From Macrostomum lignano (taxonomy: Eukaryota): a DNA stretch of 64,000 nt. This document shows positions 12,664 to 25,633 of the stretch, piece by piece. Location: NCBI GenBank assembly GCA_002269645.1, contig NIVC01001077.1:124001-188000 (forward strand), written 5' to 3'. Each line of letters begins with the position of its first letter. Positions within the stretch are counted from its first letter, which is position 1. The notes below the pieces were generated by a model. That model ran no database searches and was not told the DNA's origin. It was given only the letters and a program-made list of their open reading frames with translations. Both the position numbers and the translations under genes were made by a program.

Positions 12664-13179
12664 ACTCGTAACCAAGCCGCGTGTGCAAAATAAACCAGAG
12701 ATGATCATAGCTGCACTCCAAACACACAGAGAGAGCTGGGCTGAAGCAGGTCTGGGTTATATTCAAGCAAACATTCGATAAACTTCAGAAGATATTGCTT
12801 CTCAATTTATGTTAGTCTACCAATTCAATTCAACCAACACAGGCCCAGTTCGCGATCTCGTTTCATTGCATAGTTTCAGTCCACAGTGGGAAAGAAAATC
12901 GAGGATAAAAATGAATGGGATTCGCTGCCCTCCCTACAGGCTAAACAGCTGCGTCCGTTGAAATTACCGACAGATCAGTGCTCAAATCTGAGCATTTTTG
13001 TGTACCGCTAGAGAGAAATTGAATCACAGGGATTGAAATTGCCCGGAAACAGTTGTGCAAAGGGGCGAACTCGACCGCAGCCGGATGCGCTGCCTAGCGA
13101 CTTCCTTTCAGTGGCCAAGTGCTGGATCAATATTGTTGAAGCCTCAGCTGGAGGTCTGTAAAACAGAGAGATAGAGAGA

Positions 13180-13900
<721 letters not shown>

Positions 13901-14456
13901 ACTACAAGCCAACAATAAATTGATGAAGCCACTGGTGAAGCTGAAGGACCAGAATCAGTCATGGCAATCTGACACCGTTGCCGTCCTACCGGAGAAGCTT
14001 AGACAGATAATTACCCAACGGGAACAGGTTGGTGGCAAAATGGTTTATTATTTCAAGCTCGTATTGATAAGAATTGCTAAACAGAAACTCGCTTTGGGCA
14101 ACCGTTGATAAAAGCCCCCACCCGCACCCGAAAACTTATTTTCAGATTTTCTTTAACTAGCTAGAATCTGCGGACAAAAGCTACTGACTGATATTGGGCC
14201 AATGTAAATATCTTGAACGGTAGAATTAAGAAGATTACAGATAGCTTTATTAGCTAAATGGCTGGTTGCCGGCGAAGATTAGCGGCAAAAGTCGGCCTAA
14301 ACAAAGGCGTTGGAACGAATCAAGGATTGATTTTGTATATATCTGCACGGGATGCGCGGCGTGATTAAGCGTCCCCTATCCGCTGCAGCCCTGCGCTCAA
14401 GAATAGTGTTAATATTGATTCTTTATAACAAGATATACTCTTCCAGCATTCCCAAA

Positions 14457-15378
14457 TTTCATCTGAGGCACCGCCATTTCATCTGAGGGAGTGCCATTTC
14501 ATCTGAGGGAGTGCCATTTCATCTGAGGGAGTGCCATTTAATCTGAGGCACCGCCATTTCATCTGAAGGACCGCCATTTCATCTGAGGTAGTGCCACTTG
14601 ATCTGAGGTAGTGCCACTTGATCTGAGGGACCGCCATTTATTCTGAGGGGTTCCATTTCATCTGAAGGACCGCCATTTCATCTGAGGGACCGCCATTTCA
14701 TCTGAGGGACCGCCATTTCATCTGAGGGACCGCCATTTCATCTGAGGAACCGCCATTTCATCTGAGGGACCGCCATTTCATCTGAGGGACCGTCATTTCA
14801 TCTGAGGGACCGCCATTTCATCTGAGGGACCGCCATTTCATCTGAGGGACCGCCATTTCATCTGAGATAGTGCCACTTGATCTGAGGGACCGCCATTTCA
14901 TCTGAGGTAGTGCCACTTGATCTGAGGGACCGCCATTTCATCTGAGGTAGTGCCACTTGATCTGAGGGACCGCCATTTTATCTGAGGGACCGCCATTTCA
15001 TCTGAGGGACCGCCATTTCATCTGAGATAGTGCCACTTGATCTGAGGGACCGCCATTTCATCTGAGATAGTGCCAATTGATCTGAGGGACCGCCATTTCA
15101 TCTGAGGTAGTGCCACTTGATCTGAGGGACCGCCATTTCATCTGAGGTAGTGCCACTTGATCTGAGGGACCGCCATTTCATCTGAGGGACCGCCATTTCA
15201 TCTGAGGGACCGCCATTTCATCTGAGATAGTGCCACTTGATCTGAGGGACCGCCATTTCATCTGAGGTAGTGCCACTTGATCTGAGGGACCGCCATTTCA
15301 TCTGAGGTAATGCCACTTGATCTGAGGGACCGCCATTTCATCTGAGGTAGTGCCACTTGATCTTAGGGACCGCCATTT
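14457..15378. repeat. 20-bp minisatellite, about 46 copies
   Basis: Units CCGCCATTTCATCTGAGGGA / GTGCCACTTGATCTGAGGTA, partly alternating. Confidence 0.96.
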
Positions 15379-16450
15379 TTTCTCACCCGCATTGCTGGCT
15401 CCGCGGTCACCCTTTCACCCACTCTTTCACCCACTCTTTCACCCATTTTTTCTTGTTTAGCTTCAACCTACCTCGAAAGTCGCCAATGGAAGGCTGGAAG
15501 TTGAATCTGTATCCCAGAACTTGAGTCCGCAGGGGGGGGGGTCACCCGTCCCCCTCAACACGGTAAACTGAGCGAGTGGACACTGCGAGATTGACTTAAG
15601 AAGCGAAAATCAAATCAGTGCATACATCTTATCGCCCCTCTGCTATCATATTTCGGCTCAATTTGAATTAACTCAGAGACCGCCACTGGCGCATGTAGAG
15701 GCTTAAGCAAGCACTAAGGGCTTCAATTGGCAAAGGTTTCCTCTTGGAGGCCCCCCCCCCCGACATGTTTGCCGAGCCGGTATCGCTTACACTATTGAGT
15801 TCTTCAGCTGGCCCAAAGGATGATGGCTGGACCCTGCGGGGCGCGCTCGCATTTAATCTTGGGATTTCCAGGAAAAGCCAAACTTAAAAAACAGCGAGCT
15901 TATACCCTCTCGCTAATAAAATATTCTTTGCTGCCCCCGCCATCTCAGCCATAATACACCAGCGGCCCCCATGGGGGAGCACAGGGGCTCGAGTTTCACT
16001 TCAGGAGAATTACAAAGTCCCTGCTATACTAGTGCCTGAAACAGCAACTACCAGTGCAGCCTACATAAACGCAACAACACCCCGAAACTCGCAATTCAAG
16101 TTCCAGTCTCCGCTCAGTTGGCGAATCGGATATTTTAGCGTAACTACTTACTAAGTAGCATATGCAGCGATAAAAATCTCATGATTTTCTATAACCCCGA
16201 AGCTATATCCTTACATGTTTCACTTTCCCTCGTGACCCTCGTGATTGTTCTATTTTTAGCAACCACCGCTGAGTGACGTCAGATGAAATGGAGCGAAAAA
16301 GAATCAGTCGAGACAATTTATTAAATTTAAATTTAAATAATCTTTTTTGCCGAAGTCGCAACGTAAAATCTAATTAATAAAATTATATTGAGCACCTTTT
16401 AAATAATTCAGAAAAAGACACAATCAAAATAGTGGCAATACAAGCTATAT

Positions 16451-16456
16451 TTTATT
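16451..16456 (-). terminator. Candidate GSAP polyadenylation signal
   Basis: TTTATT on + (AATAAA on -), about 140 bp after the GSAP stop. Confidence 0.4.
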
Positions 16457-16597
16457 GCTAAGCCAAAATTATAGTTTGTAACGATCATAAAAGTACAAAT
16501 GACGTTAATAGACAGAAAGTTGAAAGCACATTTAGCTGTCCTTGTTAGTAGTATATGCAGCTACATATACTACTGACACTAGTAGTGTTGCCGGTAA

Positions 16598-19500
16598 TCA
16601 GTAAGCAGTTGGCACCGTCAGCCGGTAGCTGGAGGTCCTGCTGGCCGCAGACAGCGGTGCCTGGGGCGGCGCGGCGCCAGCCGACTCCATCAGGCGGCGG
16701 GCCAGCGACTTCGGCAGGCGGGCCAGCAGGTGGTTCTTCAGTCGGCGAGCAGCCGCCGCCTCCTGCGACGGCCCGTCGTCGGGCAGGTGCAGCAGGGCGA
16801 AGGCGGCCACGCGCCAGTCCGAACTGTAGAAGCCCGGACAGCGGTGCAAGCGGGACAGCACCTGCGGGTACCGACAGCGACACCAACAGCATCACCGACA
16901 GCGTCACCGACAGCGACACCAACAGCATCACCGACAGCGTCACCGACAGCGCCACCGACAGCGTCACCAACAGCGTCACCGACAGCGACACCAACAGCAT
17001 CACCGACAGCGTCACCGACAGCGTCACCGACAGCGTCACCGACAGCGTCACCGACAGCGTCACCGACAGCGTCACCGACAGCGCCACCGACAGCGTCACC
17101 AACAGCGTCGCCGACAACACTGTCACAAACAACACTGTCACAAACAACACTGTCACAAACAACACTGTCACAAACAACACTGTCACAAACAACACTGTCA
17201 CAAACAACACTGTCACAAACAACACTGTCACAAACAACACTGTCACAAACAACACTGTCACAAACAACACTGTCACAAACAACACTGTCACAAACAAAAC
17301 TGTCACAAACAACACTGTCACAAACAAAACTGTCACAAACAACACTGTCACTAATCACCCACAATCAGTCGCTCACCTGGTCCGGACCCCTGGCCAGTAT
17401 GGACAAGCAGGTGAGGGCCAGCTGCAGGCCGGCCGGCACGGGCATGAACTCGGACAGACAGAGCGCCAGCTGCTGCAGGCAGGCGAGCGACTCGCCCGGA
17501 TCTCTGGCGTGCCAGTGCGACAGGCGGCACAGGAAGCCGATCTCGGCTGTGAGAGTTCGTTCCAGTGCGTTCTGCAGCGGGGCGGGAGGGTCGCGTATCT
17601 CACTTATCCAAATACTGCAGAGTGGGCCCATTTCTGACGATGAGAAAGTCAGGGTAGCCGTTGTACACCGTGTGTGAGCGTGCGTTTGCGTACGTTTTGT
17701 GTGTGTATGTGTGTAAGGTCAGAGGTCAGTGGAATGGGCATGACTGCTTGCCTCCTCGATGGCTGCGGTTCGACTTTACCAACAACGTTTTTTACCTAGA
17801 TAGAAAAGGTTCCACCTACACCTCTCTACCTACACCTCTCTACCTACACCTCTACCTACCTACACCTCTCTACCTACCTACACTTCTCTACCTAAACCTA
17901 TCTACCTACACCTCTACCTACCTACACCTCTCTACCTAAACCTATCTACCTACACCTCTACCTACCTACACCTCTCTACCTACCTACACCTCTCTACCTA
18001 CCAACACCTCTCTACCTACCTACACCTCTCTACCTACCTACACCTCTCTACCAACACCTCTCTACCTACCTCTCTACCTACCTACACCTCTCTACCAACA
18101 CCTCTCTACCTACACCTCTACCTACCTACGCCTCTCTACCTACACCTCTCTACCTAAACCTATCTACCTACACCTCTACCTACCTACACCTCTGGACCTA
18201 CACCTCTCTACCTAAACCTATCTACCTACACCTCTTTAAATACACATCTCTACCTACCTACACATCTACCTACCCCCTGAGTCAGACGCACTTAACCCAC
18301 CTGAAAGGTGACCAGCTCAGCCTGATCAGGCAGATGCGGCTGCAGCAGCGGCAGGCTCTCTCTGCACAGCCGGTATTTGAAACTCGGCGCCAAGCGCAGC
18401 TTCGATTCATCGAGCGCGGCCGACAGAAAGGCCCGCGAATCGGCGCACTCGGCCAGCGGGTCAGCCGTCAAAATCGACGACCCGAAATCGTCGGCTTCGT
18501 CCGGCCCCTCGATGACCTCGAAGCCGGAGGCTTCGCCTGCCAGCGCCTCGCCGTCGTCGATGCAGTCGTCGTTGTCTTCGTCATCTGGCGAGAGCAGGCC
18601 GGCGTCGTCGGCGCCGCGGCGCCACAGCGCGTCGAGCAGCACCTGCCGACGAGAGGCCCGGCGCCCGTGCCGCCGCGGCTGGCCGACAGTCCTTCCAGCA
18701 GCCGGCGCCAGCAGCTGTCCTGCGGAGTAGATAAGAGGCAATCTACCTTATCTACTTTATCTACCTTATCTGCCTTATCTACCTTTTCTACTTTGTCTAC
18801 TCTACCGGTATTTATCTTATCTACTCTATCTAATTTATATACCTTATCTACTTTATCTCCTTATCAGATGAAATTTTATTATTAAACTAACAATAATGAC
18901 TGCACAAGGTCAAAAGCTACATCTAGTTTTGGCACATTATGTCTATGTAGAAGGGGCAATTGGAGAAAAAGCTCACGGGGGACGCTGATATCTTAGGCTA
19001 GATAACTGGCTTTCAGGGCTGATGCTGTTTTTTCTTTAAACATCATATAGTTCATTCAAAGAAAGTTATTTATTTCTCTTTTGCATCCCCAACGGGGGGC
19101 GTTGATGGCTAGTCCATATACTAAAAACGGTTTGTCGGTAGGTATAGGTATGTAATCCAGAGCTCGCAAATCACTACAAGCATTTAAGCTCAATTTTGTA
19201 GCCACTAAAAAAAGCACACCTTCAATTCCGACTGAGGCCGCTCGACAAACGAGATGTCCGCGAAAAGCTCACCAAAGCTAGTCTCAACGGCCAGGTCGGG
19301 CCCGATGAACACCGGGCCGCTTCGGTCACCTCGACGCGATGGGTCGGCGAGTTCGGAGGCGTAGCAGCCGAGGCACAGACGGTATTGCACCTGCCACGGG
19401 GAGAGATATGATTTAAACATAAAAACACTATTTATGGATCCGAAAATTTAAATTGGTAAATTTTTATTGCCTATTTCAAGACATTAGTCAGTTGCTTGCC

Positions 19501-22500
19501 GAGTTTGCAGAGCGGCCTACAAGGGTTTTAGACTAGTGGTTAGAGCGTTGGACTTATGACTGGAAGGTCGGGGGTTCGATTCTCGACACACTCGAAACAT
19601 TTTGTGTTATGGAGCAAGACACTTAACTCTGCATTGCTTCAGTTCACCAGCTGTAAAATGGGTGCCAGCATTGGCTGAGGCAATTGAGGGTGTGTGTGGT
19701 GACCCCCCCCCCCCAGTCCTTGGACTGAACAGCCGTACGCAGCCTTCAGATGCACCGCGCAATAGCTGCGGCTGACTTGTCGGTTGCACATCTGGCCCAT
19801 TGGGGCAGTGCAGATATAATCAATTATAATTATTAGCAGTTGCTACTACCGCGAGATTAACTGCAGTTATTTCACAGCCCAGAATCGACAGACTCTGACC
19901 TGCGGAAATTCTTGACGCAACCGACGCGTCACCAGCGACACGAGCAGCTGGCGGAGCGCCAGGCCGATCCGGATGTCCGGATTAGACAGCAGAGTCCTGA
20001 GCAGCAGCCAGGCTGGCTGATTCGAGTCCAGGGCGGATGAAACGGTTGGGGAGAAGCCGGCGACAGCGGATGCCGGCCTCAGGCTCATCTGGAGGCGGGA
20101 TGGATCGGATGGAGGGTGCAAACTGCTAGAGGCAACTTGGGATCTGGGAGGCTGGGACAGTAACTGAGGATATGGGAGGCTGGGACAGTAACTGAGGATA
20201 TGGGAGGCTGGCCCAGCAACCGAGGATCTGGGAGGCTGGCCCAGCAACTGAGGATCTGGGAGGCTGGCCCAGCAACTAAGGATCTGGGAGGCTGGCCCAG
20301 CAACTAAGGATCTGGGAGGCTGGCCCAGCAACTAAGGATCTGGGAGGCTGGCCCAGCAACTAAGGATCTGGGAGGCTGGCCCAGCAACTAAGGATCTGGG
20401 AGGCTGGCCCAGCAACTAAGGATCTGGGAGGCTGGCCCAGCAACTAAGGATCTGGGAGGCTGGCCCAGCAACTAAGGATCTGGGAGGCTGGCCCAGCAAC
20501 TAAGGATCTGGGAGGGCGGCACTGACACAGCCCGAGGATCTGGGAATTCACCAGCAGGTGCAACAGTCTGGCAGCGAACCCGCCGCCGTCATTCAGCCGG
20601 GCCAGCTCGGCCAGCAACCGCCGCCGGCTGATGGGGAAACGGCCGACCAGCAGCGGCGGCCGCCAGCCCCGCCCAGCCGACAGAATCTGCAGCCCGCTGG
20701 CCCCGCCAACGACGTCCGGGCAGTGCGAGTCCAGCAACAAATCGGCCGGCCCGAAGATCGGCCAGTCGAGTCGCAGCGTCACCGGCAGCGGCAGCGCGCC
20801 GGGATTGGCGTTCACAACGCACACAGCCGCGTTGCCAATGAAAACAAATACGAAACCGTTGCTTAGCAACCAGCGCAGGCGAAGGCTATGTCGATTGTTG
20901 TCCGCGTCGCTGAGGTTGCTGTCAAGCGGAGTTTGCGGCGTCTCTTTGGCTGGCCAGAAACATGAGAACACGCAGCGGTTCGGCAATATAAATACCTGTT
21001 GCCATGAAGGTTTGGGGTTAGGGTAGATTTCAACAAATTTCCTTCTCAAGACACCTCAAGACAACCTAAGACCCCTTCTTAAGACACCTCAAGACTCCTC
21101 CTTAAGATACTTCAAGACATCTCAAGACACCTCAAGACACCCCAAGACCCCTCCTTAAAACACCTCAAGAGCCACCTTAAGACAAATTAAGACACCTCAA
21201 GAAAACTCAAGACACCTCCTCAAGACACCCCAAGACCTTCCTTACGACACCTTAAAATATCTTAAGACACCTCAATATACCTCCAGACACCTCAAGACAA
21301 CCCCAAGACCCTCATTAAGACACCTAAGGACACCTCAAGACACCCCAAGATACTCCAAGACACCTTACGACACCCCAAGATACCTGAAGACACCCCAAGA
21401 TACCTGAAGACACCCCAAGATACCTGAAAACACCTTAAGACACCCAAGACACCTCCTTAAGACACCTCTTCAAGCAACCTGGAGCAATCCTCACAAGCAA
21501 GCTCCAAAATCAGCAATCAACAGCACAAAACTGCCAGGCACTTCAGCTATACTTGCCTTGAACAGCCAGTCGATGCCGGAGCCGGCGCAGCCATCGACCA
21601 GCATCACCAGATGATCACCGGCCGTCGGCATGGCGCAGCCGGCCACCAGCCCGGTGCACTGCCAGCTGTAAGCCAGCACCTGCTGGGCGGTGGCGCCAGG
21701 CACAGCTGGAGAAAAATGCCGGCCAAGATGGCCAGCCCGGATGCTCAACTGGATGGGGAAAGTGCACACAATTGAGTAAACTAGCCGATTAGCTGAGCAG
21801 TGCAAGCTGGTGAAGGTGAACTGGTGCACGTCGCCATAAAACGAATCAATGTGCAGCAGGAACAGGCTGCGATTCACCGGGCAGTACTGGCAGCAGATCA
21901 CGTGCTTCTTGACTACCTGATGCAGCTGCTGCATAGCCGTATTGCCAGCTGATTCATCCAGCTGATGCTGACTCGATAATTGTGTGTTGAATTTTTTCAG
22001 CTCTACCGTGCCACGACCGTTGCTGCGTTTGTGTTGGGGAAATGAGAATGGGCCGCTCAGAATCGTAAAACTACTCATGGGGAATCGCAAAACTACTCAG
22101 GGGAATCGCTAAACTACTCAGGGGAATCGCTAAACTACTCACGGGGAATCGTTAATCTTACTCACGGGGAATCGCTAAACTACTCATGGAAATCGCAAAA
22201 CTACTCAGGGGAATCGCTAAACTACTCAGGGGAATCGCCAAACTACTCACGGGGAATCGCTAAACTACTCAGGGGCATCGCTAAACTACTCACGGGAATC
22301 GCTAAACTACTCACGGGAATCGCTAAACTACTCACGGGGAATCGCCAAACTACTCAGGGGAATCGCAAAACTACTCAGGGGAATTGCTAAACACTCACGG
22401 GGGATGGCCAAACTACTCACGGGGAATCGCTAAACTACTTAGGGGAATCGCCAAACTACTCACGGGGAATCGCTAATCTTATTTATTCACGGGGAATCGC

Positions 22501-23620
22501 TAATCTTACTCACGAGGAATCGCTAAACTACTCATGGGGAATCGCTAAACTACTCACGGGGAATCGCTAAACTACTCACGGGGAATCGCTAAACTACTCA
22601 CGGGGAATCGCTAAACTACTCAGGGGAATCGCTAAACTACTCATGGGGAATCGCTAAACTACTCACGGGGAATCGCTAAACTACTCACGGGGAATCGCTA
22701 AACTACTCACGGGGAATCGCTAAACTACTCAGGGGAATCACCAAACTACTCAGGGGAATCGCCAAACTACTCAGTGTGATAGCATACTTGGGATGTGGGG
22801 TATCTCACCGGTATCTGTGAGACGATGTCGCCGAAGGCGAAGCGCCAGGGTGGTTACAACTGAATATTATTGTTAGTATAGGAAGGTGTGTAGGCAGGTA
22901 GGTAGGTAGGTAGGTGAATAGATGGGTAGGTAGGTAGAAAGTAAGGTAGGTAGGTAGGTAGGTAGGTAGGTAGGTAGGTAGGTAGGTAGGTAGGTAGGTA
23001 GGTAGGTAGGTAGGTAGGTAGGTAGGTAGGTAGGTAGGTAGGTAGGTAGGTAGGTAGGTAGGTAGGTAGGTAGGTAGGTAGGTAGGTAGGTAGGTAGGTA
23101 GGTAGGTAGGTAGGTAGTTAGGTAGGTGGTAAGGTAGGTAGGGTTAGTCAAAAAGAATATTTGAAATGGCCCACCCGAGGCAGCGGATCTGCAGGAAATA
23201 CTCCACTGCTGGCTCATTGATGGCGGATTGTCGCAGCAGCCGGCAGCAGACAGGATGCTCGTGCTGCGCCAACACTATTAAAGTTCCAGTCGCTGACGAT
23301 CTGCTGCTGCTGCTACTGCTGGTACAGTCAATGAAAACAACAGCATAGTTGGCCTTGGCGGCTGGCTGAAGCAGCTGGATAGAGGCAAGTAGATTTGTGC
23401 GGTCTCGACTGCACGAGGCTGATAGTACACGGCTGCAGTCCAGTCTGGCTAACAGGTGCACCCGATTAGTTGCTAGGCAAGCTAGGTAGATAGACGAAGT
23501 GTCTGTCTGCTCCATGGTAGCCAGAAGGACCTCAGTGCTGGAATCTCGACCAACCAATTGAAAGCTGGCATCGGCTGGTAGACAACTGCTTGTTAGCTGG
23601 GTCACACTGCCCAGCTGCAT
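16598..23620 (-). CDS. GSAP: Gamma-secretase activating protein (GSAP / Drosophila pigeon) orthologue; exons 23175..23620, 21557..22022, 20552..20995, 19900..20088, 19220..19390, 18301..18719, 17377..17571, 16598..16861; about 864 aa if one missing base in exon 6 is restored
   Basis: All splice phases are consistent except exon 6 (419 nt, phase 0 at both ends). Colinear similarity to human GSAP as I recall it: [40 protein letters not shown] ~ SLHVLNVER..LYDCQTRQNELL..LQVFSCSVNSERTLLAASLVQ; [10 protein letters not shown] ~ SLFLPLPPGF; [12 protein letters not shown] ~ EKLKFSIIVRLP. The reconstructed length is close to human GSAP (about 850 aa). Confidence 0.8.
16870..17352. repeat. 12-bp then 15-bp minisatellites filling GSAP intron 7
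   Basis: ACCGACAGCGTC x about 20, then AACAACACTGTCACA x about 16. Confidence 0.95.
17790..18275. repeat. CTAC-derived degenerate repeat in GSAP intron 6
   Basis: CTACCTACACCTCT-type units. Confidence 0.9.
19497..19836 (+). mobile_element. tRNA-derived SINE family 1, copy a (in GSAP intron 4, antisense to the gene)
   Basis: A box TAGTGGTTAGAGCG, B box GGTTCGATTC, central GAGCAAGACACTTAAC (V-SINE-like motif), AT-rich tail, imperfect TSD ATTAG(T)CAGTTGCT. Shares an exact run of about 43 bp (CCCCAGTCCTTGGACTGAACAGCCGTACGCAGCCTTCAGATGC) with the copy at 30.2-30.5 kb. Confidence 0.85.
20138..20545. repeat. 28-bp minisatellite in GSAP intron 3
   Basis: Unit GGATCTGGGAGGCTGGCCCAGCAACTAA, about 14 copies. 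Confidence 0.95.
21045..21480. repeat. Degenerate 10-11-bp repeat in GSAP intron 2
   Basis: AAGACACC(T/C)C units. Confidence 0.85.
22068..23145. repeat. 21/22-bp minisatellite plus (GGTA)n microsatellite in GSAP intron 1
   Basis: GGGGAATCGCTAAACTACTCA(C) at 22068-22775; (AGGT)n at 22885-23145. Confidence 0.95.
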
Positions 23621-25633
23621 GTCCTAAAGCTCCATGGACATCAAGAATTATTCGAGCAAAAATAATCAGAGTGCAAGAAAAATTAGTAAAATACTACTTT
23701 TTTATTAAGTAATCAAATTCATAGAGAAAATAAGAATTAATATAATAGCGATTTAAAAAATGAGTATAAATGATATTAGCTAAGTACCAAAGTTATATGA
23801 TTAAATCATTACAATTATAAAGAGTTAAGTATGAGTAAAACAATAATGTTTTAATTTTTAAAGTATAATTAGTTGACTAACATTAGCAATATCAAAGACC
23901 AAAACAGTACTGTGTTGTATTTTATGCCTGTATGTCACTGAAAATAGGCTTGAGGTATCAGAAGTCGTGTATTTTGCCTCTAAAATAAGCTATAAGGAAA
24001 TTATGCAAACAAAAGATATCTAACAGTGAGTAAAAAGCAACTAAAACTTAGCTTGTTTTTTTGTTCAAAAAACATAAGAAATAAACAATACAGTCCAGTC
24101 ATACAAGTATTTTAAATACTGCTTAACAATTGAAATTCTTTTTATTAACAAAGGCTTCTCCTCTTCTCAATGTAACCCTTTTAAATAATGAAATGAAGTT
24201 TTTTAGTTTTCTAGCAAAAAACACTACTTTTACATTTAACAATGAATGTAGACCTACTAAAACATGATTCACAAAAATATAGTATCTAAAGCGTCTAATT
24301 CATCACAATTAGTCTTATTGTATTCATTGCATGCATCATTTGTATCTTTTTGTTGACTATTTTTGACAGAAACGGTACTATCATCTCAACTCAAGCCAAA
24401 ATTAGTTCGGTGCTTTGAATTTAAAACACTGCATTGACTCATTGATTAGTTTAACAAAGTAGCGAATGAACAGAATACAAAAGTGAAATTAAGAATTTGT
24501 TCATTTATGTTAGGTAAGTTAGTTAAAATAAAAAGGTTTTTATTAGGTTTATTAGTTTAGAGCAGTGACCTCGACAAACATGGTGGTGGTTGTATTATAC
24601 ACTTACACTACTTACACGTGCATGAGCTGGAGTTAGTTCAAATCATATGCTGCGTACTTGGCACTTATACCAATACGGCGGCTTTTAGTGTGGCTTGTAT
24701 AGTAGGAATCGCCCTAGGAAAAATCGAAGTAAACATTTATCATATATCAATTTTATAGCCCTAGGCCTTTTTTAGCCTAGGCCTATGCCTTCTGACTAGA
24801 TAGGCCCCTAGGCCTAATGCTGATGCAAAGCCTAGGCCTAACCCTATACTATACTGGCTGGCTAGGCCTATATTATAGGTTATATAGGCCTAACCTAGCC
24901 CAGGCGTTGTAGGCCTACTATCACACAATGGGATTTTTAAGCAAAATTTTGACTAGACCTAAAACCTTTTAAATATGATCAATACTCCAATAATAGGACC
25001 TAGGCTCCCTAAAAATGTTTAGGCCCTAGAACCTAAGGGCCTAATCAGTAACAGTAATCATTAGATTTTTCATTAGCTGCTAGGTCTAATGCCAGTAATG
25101 GAAATTGAGATAAATTATATATATAGATAGTAGGCCCAGGCTTAATTAATGTAGTAATGACAATGAGTAAGGCCTAATGAGTAATTTTATATCCTAGGGT
25201 CTAATCTTGAGTCCTAATAATGTTAAATGATAGGCCTAAATATTTAGGTAGGGCCTAGTTCTATTAGAAAAAATAATTGCCATCTTAGACATTAGAGTTT
25301 TACCTATCCTAATTTAAAGATTTAAATAGGTAGTTAAGGTCCATATTCTGAAAAATTTAGGCCTAGTGTATACTAGAAATTTATTATATGGCCTAAAACC
25401 TTAGGCTTAGCATATATGCCATAAGGCATTCTATGCAAATTAAAAAATGTTGGCTGACATATTAGATTTTTTGGTAGGCCCTATTGGCATATACATGCGA
25501 TGTATGATGTATCTGCTTATCATTAGCATGCATTTTTAAATTTAGTTTGAGATATTCTAGTATGCAATCAAAATTATCTAGATTATGAGTTGAAGCAATA
25601 TAAAGGCATAAGTCCAAAGTCAAAGGCTTAGGC

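Noticed and set aside
13913-13923. Spliced-leader RNA gene (TCAATTTATTG on the minus strand resembles the flatworm SL 3' end as I recall it)
   Set aside because: Only an 11-nt match, not followed by CATG plus a donor, and no Sm site.
15380-15770. Additional MITE (CCGCCACTG end, G/C runs), and a similar segment at 45290-46100
   Set aside because: No matching opposite TIR or TSD could be found.
17600-17680. Extra small GSAP exon ([21 protein letters not shown])
   Set aside because: No convincing acceptor, it would need an implausible 32-nt intron and would break the frame; exons 6 and 7 already join in phase 0.
19527-19600. tRNA genes at the SINE heads (also about 30440-30500, 44480-44542, 44628-44700, 58462-58540)
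   Set aside because: A/B boxes are present but the acceptor and anticodon stems are degenerate, and each continues into a shared SINE body and tail.
16598-20088. Degenerate TUT1/MTPAP-like nucleotidyltransferase ([14 protein letters not shown]) or USP38-like fragment
   Set aside because: No GS..DxD catalytic motif and no USP domain; these exons splice in phase to upstream exons, and the whole protein is colinear with GSAP.
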